The position numbers and the translations under genes were made by a program. 64,000 nucleotides of DNA from positions 1 through 64,000 of the IMG/VR virus record IMGVR_UViG_3300023242_000003. One strand, written 5' to 3'. Shown in pieces: positions 50,107 to 60,100 of the stretch. The notes below the pieces were generated by a model. It did not search any database and had not been told where the DNA came from. It saw only the letters and a list, made by a program, of their open reading frames with translations. The number at the start of each line of letters is the position of its first letter. Position 1 is the stretch's first letter. The DNA is from a virus.

Positions 50107-51984
50107 TTATTCAGATAAAAATTTATCTAAATCGTTTAATAGGTTTTCTTTTATTAATGGTTTCTTGGTTTCTTTGTTCTCAACATAAGGTTTCATTTCT
50201 TCTCTACTTCTACCAATCCATGCGTCTGGGGTAGAAGGGGCTGTAACTACATCCCAACAAATAATTTCAAAATCTTCTTGAACTATTTGTTCACCATTTT
50301 CCCCTTCAACTAACGAACCAACACCTCTAGAGGAAACACCAATCTTAATTCTATTTCTTAATAAGTTAGCCACTTCATCTCCTTTTGTTGACACTATACC
50401 GTAGTTAATAAAACCAGGTGTCATCAAAATTTCCATTTTACCCATAAGTGTGTGACCTTCCCACCATGTCTCAACAATATTATGTGAAATTCTATCACCA
50501 GCAATAATAGATGAATTTCCATTCCAACAAGTTTTACCATTATCTCTAACATAGAACACGTGATTAGGTACATCAACACAATAAACATTATCGTTATACT
50601 CAACTAATTCCGTTTTTAACGTTCTTTTATCTAAATAAATACCTTTTGTTTTTGAAATATGTAATCTATTCATTGGGTTTGAATGACCTTTTTTAATTAC
50701 TCTATTTTCAAACATTCTATCATAATTTCGTTCCTCAATTCTTAAATTAGATGAGTACCCAATTTTTAATATAATTTCTTGTAAATCATTTATTAATTTT
50801 TTAGAAGTACTAAAAACTTCTCGATATTTACCATCTCTAACTCGTCCATCCCCCAAAACAAACCAATCTAAAAAATCAGATAATAAGTTATCACTCAATC
50901 CTTTTAATTCAGTTGGTATAAATTTATCTTGTGATTTACCAAATTGTTTTAAATAATTATGTAATCTAGCATCATTTATTTTAAAATCTACTTTACCATC
51001 TGAATAGATTATTTCTTTAAAACTTAACGGTAATAATTGTAATAATTCCCTTATCAGTATTTTACCATTTTCTTTTTTCTGTGTTATTTTACAAACATAA
51101 CCACTATCAGATGATTCAAAACCATATTCTGTTTCACCATTTTCAGTTATTCTAGATATTCTTTTTTTTGTTTTGTTAACCACAACACAACCATCGGCTA
51201 AATAAACACCCATAAATTTGACCCATAAATCCATTGGTATCTCAATATCACTCATCAATTCTAATTTTTTACTGTATGAGGTATTAAAAGCTATTTCATT
51301 TTCATCTAGACCTTTAATAGTAAAAAATTTTTTATCGTCACCAACCCACTTACCAAGTTTAGGTATATACATTTTATCAATACCTTTAATCTTGTGTTCG
51401 TGTATGTCTGTGGCGGTAATAAAACTCCCATTACCGTTTCTATCTATAACCCAAAATTTATGGTTAGGTGTGACCATTAAGTCAATTGACCTACCTTTTA
51501 TTGAAATCATATTACCGTTGTAGTGCTTAACTATTTTTTTTGTTATAGTTTTTAGCTCTATTTGGTTTGAAATTGGGTTTAAAGTATATACTTCTTCAGT
51601 TGAAGAAATATCTTTAATATATTTCCACCCATCTTTAGTTAAAATTTCAGCACTTTGTCGGTGACATTCTGGGTGGTCTAATTCACCAACTGCTCTTCTT
51701 TCTCTAATTGCTTCTTGATATAGTCTGTCTTGGCTTTTAAGTATCGCTTCTCGATAGATTCTACCGTTACGATTAAGAATACCAAATTTTTGTAAAACCA
51801 CATAAACGATAAGTGGTTCCATTATAGCTAGTTTGCCACCTGTATCTAATTTTTTTATCTCATTGATAAAAAGTTGGTTTCTCGGTTCTTCTGGGGAGAT
51901 ATATCCAGCATCGTGCTCGATTAGCCCACCCCAACCGCTCTCACCACGTTTAAGTATTCTAAAGTCTTTATAATTTATGTCCAT
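50107..51984 (-). CDS. Prohead protease (gp21-like) containing an intein
   Basis: NRNGRIY, GELDHPE-[intein]-SS, GVSSRGVGS and WDVVTAPSTPDA. Confidence 0.92.
   Translation of the reverse strand: MDINYKDFRILKRGESGWGGLIEHDAGYISPEEPRNQLFINEIKKLDTGGKLAIMEPLIVYVVLQKFGILNRNGRIYREAILKSQDRLYQEAIRERRAVGELDHPECHRQSAEILTKDGWKYIKDISSTEEVYTLNPISNQIELKTITKKIVKHYNGNMISIKGRSIDLMVTPNHKFWVIDRNGNGSFITATDIHEHKIKGIDKMYIPKLGKWVGDDKKFFTIKGLDENEIAFNTSYSKKLELMSDIEIPMDLWVKFMGVYLADGCVVVNKTKKRISRITENGETEYGFESSDSGYVCKITQKKENGKILIRELLQLLPLSFKEIIYSDGKVDFKINDARLHNYLKQFGKSQDKFIPTELKGLSDNLLSDFLDWFVLGDGRVRDGKYREVFSTSKKLINDLQEIILKIGYSSNLRIEERNYDRMFENRVIKKGHSNPMNRLHISKTKGIYLDKRTLKTELVEYNDNVYCVDVPNHVFYVRDNGKTCWNGNSSIIAGDRISHNIVETWWEGHTLMGKMEILMTPGFINYGIVSTKGDEVANLLRNRIKIGVSSRGVGSLVEGENGEQIVQEDFEIICWDVVTAPSTPDAWIGRSREEMKPYVENKETKKPLIKENLLNDLDKFLSE
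50515..51666 (-). mobile_element. Intein with LAGLIDADG endonuclease in prohead protease
   Basis: CHRQSAEILT...TPNH...VYCVDVP...WNGN/S; FMGVYLADG and VLGDG. Confidence 0.88.
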
Positions 51985-52020
51985 ATTTATGTGTTATGTA
52001 TATAAATATGTCAGTAAAAT

Positions 52021-52052
52021 AAAAAAACCCTTAGTAGAGCTACTAAGGGTTT
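52021..52052 (-). terminator. Intrinsic terminator
   Basis: AAACCCTTAGTAG-AG-CTACTAAGGGTTT with A tract on the left. Confidence 0.75.
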
Positions 52053-52056
52053 AAGT

Positions 52057-52500
52057 TTATATTTTTTTTCTGTGAAAATTAAACGTTTTGTTGTCATCGA
52101 AAACGTGTTTAATTATAATTGGTGTAATCTCATCTAGGTTTTTTTTCATTTGTTTTGAATTAGCTGGAACCTTTTCTTGTAGATATAGAGTTATTTCACA
52201 ACTCATAAAACTACGTTTACCATATCTAATACCAGACTCCCTAATATCTAAATCGACAATTGTATTTTGTTTTACAAAATTATTGTTTGGGTGGTTCTGG
52301 AAATAATTATAAATAACTTGTTTTGTTTTTTTATGTATATCTCTTATTACTCTAGAGTAATTTTTTTCTTCATCACTAAGTGGCTCTACCCATGCCGAAA
52401 TGTTGATGTAAATCGCTTTTGGTGTTTTATTGTTTACACTTCCAAAAACTACGTTGTAGTTTTTAAAGTCGTTCATTTTAATTTCTTTTCCCGTTTTCAT
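52057..52500 (-). CDS. Hypothetical protein
   Basis: 147-aa ORF with TAnnTTTG box upstream. Confidence 0.6.
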   Translation of the reverse strand: MKTGKEIKMNDFKNYNVVFGSVNNKTPKAIYINISAWVEPLSDEEKNYSRVIRDIHKKTKQVIYNYFQNHPNNNFVKQNTIVDLDIRESGIRYGKRSFMSCEITLYLQEKVPANSKQMKKNLDEITPIIIKHVFDDNKTFNFHRKKI

Positions 52501-52559
52501 GTGTTGTTTTTTTTATTTACAAATATAAACATTTTTTACCAGGAAGTCAAACTTTAAAA

Positions 52560-52898
52560 TTAACGTAATTTACCCCAAATTACTATAACAATACCAATAG
52601 CTATTTGAACAAAAGAAATAATTGCTATAGCCGATGTAATTAACCCTTTTTGTTTATAGATTTCATCTTTACCTTCTTTCATCTGTGAAGGTGACCAAAC
52701 GTCATTTACTTTTTCAATCCATCTTGAAGTAGTCTCAAGATTTTTTTCAAGGTTTTTAACGTTACTAAGCTTTAGATTCATCTCATTAAGTTTTGTATCA
52801 AAATCAGAACGCATTTTTTCGTGGTTGTCATTTAAACGTTCTAATTCTTTTAGAACTAGTTTACTATAATCACCCCAATTATTTTTTTCTTCTATCAT
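52560..52898 (-). CDS. Coiled-coil protein with C-terminal transmembrane helix (holin/XhlA-like?)
   Basis: Heptad region followed by AIAIISFVQIAIGIVIVIW. Confidence 0.5.
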   Translation of the reverse strand: MIEEKNNWGDYSKLVLKELERLNDNHEKMRSDFDTKLNEMNLKLSNVKNLEKNLETTSRWIEKVNDVWSPSQMKEGKDEIYKQKGLITSAIAIISFVQIAIGIVIVIWGKLR

Positions 52899-52912
52899 TA
52901 TTTTAGTTTATT

Positions 52913-53143
52913 TTAATTTATTTTAATATTGTCTAAAATGTTAGTGATGTTTATGCACATATTTTCATAACATTTCATCTTAGCTTTGATTGTTTTTAAA
53001 CTGATAATTTCTTTTTTACTACTATCTAAAACGTTTTTTAAATTTAAGAACATTCCTTTATATCCATCATTGTTTTGTTTGCTGCAAATTTCATGAGTTA
53101 ATTTTCTCAATTTTAATATGTTTTCACTTGGAACTGTTGTCAT
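52913..53143 (-). CDS. Hypothetical protein
   Basis: 76-aa ORF in operon orientation. Confidence 0.5.
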   Translation of the reverse strand: MTTVPSENILKLRKLTHEICSKQNNDGYKGMFLNLKNVLDSSKKEIISLKTIKAKMKCYENMCINITNILDNIKIN

Positions 53144-53170
53144 TTATTTATATTTTAAAACTATATTATT

Positions 53171-53935
53171 TTATTTTAAACTAACTCTCAACTCAAGTAA
53201 CTTAGAAATATTTTTAATAAAATCCTCATTTACTTCTTGTTTATCGTTTAATAATTTGTCTTTTACACGTAATAATTTGTCTTTAGCTTCTAAACTTGAT
53301 TCAACTAATTTTTCGTTGATTAAATCGATACATTCTCTAAGAGTTGTTAAATAAAGTTCTTTCTTTTTTTTATCATCTGATTCAAATAAAACTTTAATAA
53401 ATTGTTTTTCTGTCTCATCCAAGTCAACATATTTTTCGTTATACTTATCAACCATTATTGTAGTTAACATACTATTAGGTAAATCAATACTTTCCTTAAT
53501 TTCTTTTTCTTTATTGTTTTTCATAAAATCAATAATGTTAGCTGTTGCTTCAACAATCTCATTAATGTTTTTAGAATTTTTTTCGGTGAATATAAGTGTT
53601 GTGATATTTTCGTGTAGTATCTGGTTAGGGTAACTAACTTCTTCAACATCTAATATCGGTTTAGCCAATAAAAAATTTGCTTCTAATAATTCTCTTTTTG
53701 AAAACTTATTTAAAAGAGCTATGTTTTCTTGTAAAAACAAATTAGCTTTAAATTCATTTGTTTCTACTTTGTTTTCTATATTGTTGTAAACCATGAACTG
53801 AGTTTTTAAAGACTCATTTTCTTTGATTGTTTTAATGTATTTTTTGAATGTTTGTTTATTTTTTGTATCTATAGATAACAATCCTTCTACTAAAATTCCA
53901 TTAAATGCGTTTGTGATTTTACCAAAATTTTGCAT
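53171..53935 (-). CDS. Hypothetical protein (head-gene cluster)
   Basis: 254-aa ORF after portal, with ATATTTAT motif upstream. Confidence 0.6.
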   Translation of the reverse strand: MQNFGKITNAFNGILVEGLLSIDTKNKQTFKKYIKTIKENESLKTQFMVYNNIENKVETNEFKANLFLQENIALLNKFSKRELLEANFLLAKPILDVEEVSYPNQILHENITTLIFTEKNSKNINEIVEATANIIDFMKNNKEKEIKESIDLPNSMLTTIMVDKYNEKYVDLDETEKQFIKVLFESDDKKKKELYLTTLRECIDLINEKLVESSLEAKDKLLRVKDKLLNDKQEVNEDFIKNISKLLELRVSLK

Positions 53936-53981
53936 AAGTTTAGTTTTTAATAATAAATATTATAGTTTTAAGTAAAAAGTC

Positions 53982-56900
53982 TTATTCGTCCAACATTTTA
54001 TCAATATCATTAATCATACTATTAACTGTTTGATTAACCTTTACTGTTTTGTCGTATATTTTAACTTTTTCAGTTGATTTATTTTTTTCGCTAGGTTTAA
54101 CTGATTCAACTAAAGCATCAACCCATTTGTTTTGATATTTTTTAGTTCTTTCATTAAGTTTTTTAGATAAAATAATTTTTTCTTCTTTTAATAATTTATC
54201 AACCCTTTTTAAAGATTCAGCAACGGTTTGTGGTTCGGTATCCGTAGTTTCTTCAGCTCCAGCTAAAGCTTCTGCTCCAGCTTCTAATTCAGCTCCAGCT
54301 TCTTCTTCTTCGCCACCAGCTTCTTCAGCTTCACCAAAATCTAAATCTTCACCACCAGCTCCACCACCACCGAATGAACCACCTAGACCACCACTGCCAC
54401 CACCTACGGCATCAGCGTCAGCTTCACCAGCACCACCACCACCAGCCATTGCCGCTTTAAAATCACCATAGATTCTATCAACTGTGTCAAACATTCCCGT
54501 GTGTTTGATAACATTGGCCGTATTTTGTAGTTCAGCAGACGCTGCTTTTTCCATACGTTGTTCAAGTAAATCTGATTTTATTTCATCATCAGACCAACCC
54601 ATAATATCTCTGTGTGCACGAGTCCATGACATAGTACCAAAACCATTACCAATATCAGATACAGCATCTTTAAGTAATGTAACTTTTTGTTGCATGTGTT
54701 CGATTTTAAGCATTTCGGCTTGAGTAGAAGGATTATTCAATGTAAGGGTAAAGTTGTCTAAATCTTCTTCAAACCCTAGAATATATAAGTGAATAATGGC
54801 AATCTTGTTAAGTTCTTGTAACATTGATTGTTGTATACGGTTAATTGTTCTAGAAAAACGAATATCTTGTATTGCTAAGTTTTTACCATCACCAGTTGCT
54901 TCCTCAAACCCTAAAAAAGGTTTTGGAACACGTAATGCAGTAAATAAATTTCTTTGCAAGTACTCAATATCTGCAATTTGGTCCAAATTAGATGCCCCAG
55001 GCAAAGTATCAATAGGGTTAGGTGCGTCTTCAGTTCTTACTGGAATAAAGAAATCTTGGTCGTTAGCTAATTGATTATAACGTAAATCTATTTGCCCTGT
55101 TTGTGGGTCAGTAATAGGCATACGTTTAAATCTATCAGCAATTGTATTTACATACGCCTCAACATCAGCATCGTCAATATTACCAACATAAATCTTATAT
55201 ACACGTCTTTCTGGCGCTCTTGTCACACGATAAACGAGCATTGAGTCTTCTGAAAGGATAAGTTGTTTCCATATACGTCTAGCCTTCTCTAACACAGAAT
55301 TATGTACAACGATACCATTTGCATAGAAATTATGATTATCATTTTCAACATATATATCGTATGTTTCGTGTTCACCACTTTCCTCAATTGATTTAATCGG
55401 TTCTAAAATAAAATCGTTAGTTAACCTATTACCAATTAAATCATATTTATTTTTTTGTCTTACACTACTATCATAAAAATAAAAATAAAAACTTTCTTGT
55501 TGTGTTTTAAATCTCCTATCACCAATACCAGAACCCTTACGAAGTCTACTACATATTTTACCAGATTTCAAACCCAAAGATTGAACTAAAATTTTAATAT
55601 CGTTAATAAGTTCTTCATTTGACAGTTCGATAGAATATCTTAGACAATCTGATTTATCTATAAATAACGAACCATCAGCGTCAATAATACCATTCAAGAA
55701 AGCTTGTCTTACCTCCATAGAAGAAGTATAAACCCATTTAGGTATTCTTTTACTATAAACATCACCTATGAAACCCATATCTCTAAGAATTATTGATAAA
55801 GTTTTAGAATTACAGATACCTTGTGCCATACCATTATCACCACCAGAAAATTTAATATCTCTACCAGTAATTTGATTCATATATTTAATATATTTTTTGT
55901 TTATTGATTTATGTTCTGATAAGGCTATAAAAACTGAATCATTGTGAACCCAACCATCACCTATTAAATAACCGAAAAATTCTGCAAATTTAGTGTCAAC
56001 AAAATCGGGTATCAACCCAACATTATTCCAAAACCCATTTTTGTTTGATTCTGGTTTATTTTTAATTATTGGAACGTTAACATTATTTAGATTAATTTTA
56101 TCAACAACCAATAAATCACCTACTTTAAAATCTAGCGTATTTTTATAATCGAATTTATTTAATTCGGTATTATAATACATTATCTTATGTTCTTTAGATG
56201 CGTCTATAAAATTATGTTTGGTACTAAGTTTATAAGTTTTTTTATTACCAGAATTAACAGTATCCAATACTTTTGACAATACTTTAACTTGATTTATCTC
56301 ATCAAATGAATAAACCATATCACCAATAACAATATCTTTTATCTCCTTATACCCCTCACTTGTCTCAACTCTAGAATTATATTTTAAACACGTACCATAA
56401 GGTAAACGTCTATCATCACCTAATAAACGGAAATGTGCAATTTGCCAAGAATTAAATTCAACATCATTACTTCTCCAGTAAAACTTAACTTTATCATTAG
56501 TTTCTTGACCATCAGTCATTTCTCTACCAGATATCATGTCAAATAACCCAGCTTCTCTACGTTCCATTTCATAATTAGGCATTTGTTTAGCACCTAATAT
56601 ACCATGTGAATCGTTTATATTCAAGAATACGAAGTTATCACCGTATTTACACGTATTTCTAGTCCACATTGGAAGCGAAGTGTGTAAATCTAAACGATTA
56701 AAAAATAAGTCTTCAAGTATTCCTTTAACTCGTTTACTGTCAGAATAAATGTTAAGAACTCTACCGTGTTCATTAACCGTAGTTGATTCTTCCATCATCA
56801 CATCTAAGGCAGCCGCAATTGTTGGGTAAAACTCCATAGCTTCAAAATCAGAATATGAACCAATACGTGTTGTTTCATAATTTATTGATTGTTGAAACAA

Positions 56901-57113
56901 ACCACTTTCTACTTTTTTCCAAAGACCACCTAGGTATTTGTTTTGCTGGGCTTGTAATTTAGCTTTTTCAAATTCAGCTTTGTTATTCGTTTTAAGTAAC
57001 TCTCCGTTACCCAAGTTATATCGTTGAGTTGGTTGTTTTTGTGTTAGCGTGTTAGAATCTGGACTAAGTACTTGACCTAATCTTTGAAATAACGTTAAAT
57101 TTTTATTTGCCAT
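53982..57113 (-). CDS. Portal protein (gp20-like) containing an intein
   Basis: IAHFRL...PYGT-[intein]-SVLEKARRIWKQL..ED.MLVYR..RAPERRV, IDTLPGA and ALRVPK. Confidence 0.93.
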   Translation of the reverse strand: MANKNLTLFQRLGQVLSPDSNTLTQKQPTQRYNLGNGELLKTNNKAEFEKAKLQAQQNKYLGGLWKKVESGLFQQSINYETTRIGSYSDFEAMEFYPTIAAALDVMMEESTTVNEHGRVLNIYSDSKRVKGILEDLFFNRLDLHTSLPMWTRNTCKYGDNFVFLNINDSHGILGAKQMPNYEMERREAGLFDMISGREMTDGQETNDKVKFYWRSNDVEFNSWQIAHFRLLGDDRRLPYGTCLKYNSRVETSEGYKEIKDIVIGDMVYSFDEINQVKVLSKVLDTVNSGNKKTYKLSTKHNFIDASKEHKIMYYNTELNKFDYKNTLDFKVGDLLVVDKINLNNVNVPIIKNKPESNKNGFWNNVGLIPDFVDTKFAEFFGYLIGDGWVHNDSVFIALSEHKSINKKYIKYMNQITGRDIKFSGGDNGMAQGICNSKTLSIILRDMGFIGDVYSKRIPKWVYTSSMEVRQAFLNGIIDADGSLFIDKSDCLRYSIELSNEELINDIKILVQSLGLKSGKICSRLRKGSGIGDRRFKTQQESFYFYFYDSSVRQKNKYDLIGNRLTNDFILEPIKSIEESGEHETYDIYVENDNHNFYANGIVVHNSVLEKARRIWKQLILSEDSMLVYRVTRAPERRVYKIYVGNIDDADVEAYVNTIADRFKRMPITDPQTGQIDLRYNQLANDQDFFIPVRTEDAPNPIDTLPGASNLDQIADIEYLQRNLFTALRVPKPFLGFEEATGDGKNLAIQDIRFSRTINRIQQSMLQELNKIAIIHLYILGFEEDLDNFTLTLNNPSTQAEMLKIEHMQQKVTLLKDAVSDIGNGFGTMSWTRAHRDIMGWSDDEIKSDLLEQRMEKAASAELQNTANVIKHTGMFDTVDRIYGDFKAAMAGGGGAGEADADAVGGGSGGLGGSFGGGGAGGEDLDFGEAEEAGGEEEEAGAELEAGAEALAGAEETTDTEPQTVAESLKRVDKLLKEEKIILSKKLNERTKKYQNKWVDALVESVKPSEKNKSTEKVKIYDKTVKVNQTVNSMINDIDKMLDE
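55299..56390 (-). mobile_element. Intein with LAGLIDADG endonuclease in portal
   Basis: CLKYNSRV...TYDIYVE...VVHN/S; FFGYLIGDG and LNGIIDADG. Confidence 0.9.
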
Positions 57114-57161
57114 AAGTTTTTTATAAAGTATAATTAATTTTTTTAAAAATTAAATAGTTTG

Positions 57162-60100
57162 TTAATGTTTTCTCACACCACCAAACAACCAAGAATATTG
57201 CCCTCTAGGGTCTTGTGTGTTTCTATAGGCTGTGTGTTGTTGGTTTATTTTAGTGACAGTTTTACCTGTTTCTTTATCTACTGTTGTTATTGTTGGTTTT
57301 GTTGGGTTGGAAGGCATATTAGCACCACTTATCCAACTATTTAAAATAGCTTTGTTTTGTTTTTCAAGTCTCTCCAAGTTTTTAAACGAGTGTTCAATAA
57401 CCCATAAAGCCATACCCATAGACATAAGTAAATCATCATGGTAGCCTTCCATATGGTCTGGTCTACCATTTTTATAGACAAACGTTTTCATTTCAGAAAC
57501 CATTCTAGATGAACGAATTTTAACACCGTTGGTTCTAATTTTATATTCTAAATTTGAAATCATAGGTAAACGAACACCAGTGGCGTGGAAACCTGGAATT
57601 TTATTCTGTTTATCGTATTGAGATAACTCTCTCTGTCTAGCTGAAAGAATTTTACCGTTGGTGTTGTCATAATGTAATAATTTGTAATCAAATTCCATAA
57701 GTTTTAACACTGTTGATACACCCATACCGCCAGTCACATCGACAACTGTATACGCTTTATACCTTTCACCGTATTCTTCCACAATTTGAGCCAATAAATC
57801 TGGTTGTATTTTACCTTGATACTCCATGACTTGTTCCATTGTTGTAAAATCAAGAATAACTATTGTTGAACTGTCTTCTCCATCACCTCTTGATACATCG
57901 ACACCCATCACATATTGATGACCTTCTTGTGGTTCTTCCCAAACCCATATTTCATTTTCTCCACCAAAAGTGATTGCTGGTTCTTTAACGTTATTTTTTT
58001 CTTGGAATTCGATATATTCTTCACTAATCACGTTACCACCAGAACCAATAAATGATACATCTAACTCTTGAGCAATCATCTTGGCATCGTTATTCAGACC
58101 CATAGACATTTCCTCATACCATGATGAAGTTGGTTTCCAAGCGTCATCTAAACGTTTCTGGTACGACTCAAAAGTAAATTCAACCTCAACCTCAACCAAA
58201 TCATCTTTTAACCATCTTAAATCTTTGTTGTAACGTAAATCCTCGTACCATTTCATTTCAATAATATTGAAGTTATTCTTTTTGGTTTTTGCTTGGTCGT
58301 ATGTTTTATAGTATAATGAATCCATACCATTGGGTGTTTGATGACCTAATATACCATTATAAATAACGGAATGACACCAAAAATCATTAGTTTCAGGTAA
58401 TGAAACATCATATGTTTTGTTTTTAAGTTTTTCTAATTTAGTTATTGGAACCCATTTTGAATCTTTAAAATTAATTTTATCAATTGAATATCTGGATAAA
58501 TCAAGATTTAAAACATTAATAAAATAATCTATAAATTCATTAAAAATATTTACTGATAAATTAGCTGTTTTGTTTTTATTAGAAATTCTAATTTTATTAA
58601 CTAGTAAACCAGTGTTAGATAATTTTTTAACTAATTTATGTTCGTTTATGATATTTCTAATTATATTCTTACCGTTTGGTATTATTCTATATCTATTATT
58701 ATATGATACTAATTTATTTTGGTCTCTTTTTATTTGTTTCCTATTAAATCTAAAACCAATGGTATCGTAATATTTATCCGCATCAATAGATGTTGATGAA
58801 AGTCTATAATATTGACTACTAACTTTAACTTTTTTAGTTGGTGGTGTTATTCCTTCTGAATAATCAGTTAATATACCAAGATTTAAAAATAAAAACCTTA
58901 TTTGTTGAATTAATTTTTTAGAGGACAAATTTATACCTATCCTACCTCTAATATTATCAGAATAACCATCACCATCCATAATACCTTGTAGCATAGCAAT
59001 AATATTTTCACGCCCCATTTCAAGTAAACGTTTAGGTATTAATTTATTTGGGGCTTTTAAGGTTAAATCAAACCCCAAATACTCTAATAAACCACCTAAA
59101 TATTTAGATGAAATTTTATAGTGTAAATTATCGTGTGATGAATAATTAAACCCAGCATTAGATATGTATGTACTAACATCATCGCCACATGTTATCGTAA
59201 TATCACAACCAACAATAATACCATCAATATTTTTTGGTTTATAACAAGACCCTTCTGATAAATATAAACCAATTAGGTAAGCTAAATCAGTATTTATTTT
59301 ATCATAAACTATTTTTGGTTTATGTTCTCTATTTGAAAACTCATAGGTAAAATCAATAGTATCGTTATTACCAAAAATATTAAACGAATGTTGTACATTA
59401 ACATAATCACCAATTTCTAATTCACTAACCGTAAACCAATCATATTTATTTTTTTTATTTGAATAAGACCACAATTTATGTGTTTCAGTTGACTCAAGTT
59501 CTGAATTAGTAGTTGTTAATTTTATAGTTTCTTGAAAACCATTATTAACAATTAAATTTGATTTCCTAGATATATTATTTCCTCTAATATTATAATCTTT
59601 AACATAATAACCTAAATTAGGTATATCTGGTTCATTATAATTAATAATGTCTTTCATTTGTTGTAAACCAGTGTCAGTAAAAATAAAAGTATCTTCAGTA
59701 ACACAAGAAATTAAGGTCGCTCGACCCCCAGTATTATGACTTATAATACCGTTTGAAATAAATGAATTTGTTTCTGGTACATGTAAATCATAAGTATAAT
59801 CTTCTGACTCAGTTATAGAAATAATTTCATCAATATAAAATAATTCTTGTCTTTTTAATTGTTCAGTTAATGATAATAAAAAACTATTATTTGGTAATAA
59901 GTTTAATAAACGCTTTAATGATTCGACACTTAATCTATTTAAGTCTGATTCCCAAAATCTTTCTAAAAATCTAACTTTAGTTTTAACTATATTATTTATT
60001 TGTAAAACTTCTAAAATTTCTTTATTACTTACATTAACAAATCTTGAGTTTTGTTTCTTATTTAATAAAAATTCTTTATTATTTTGTTTTCTATCTAATC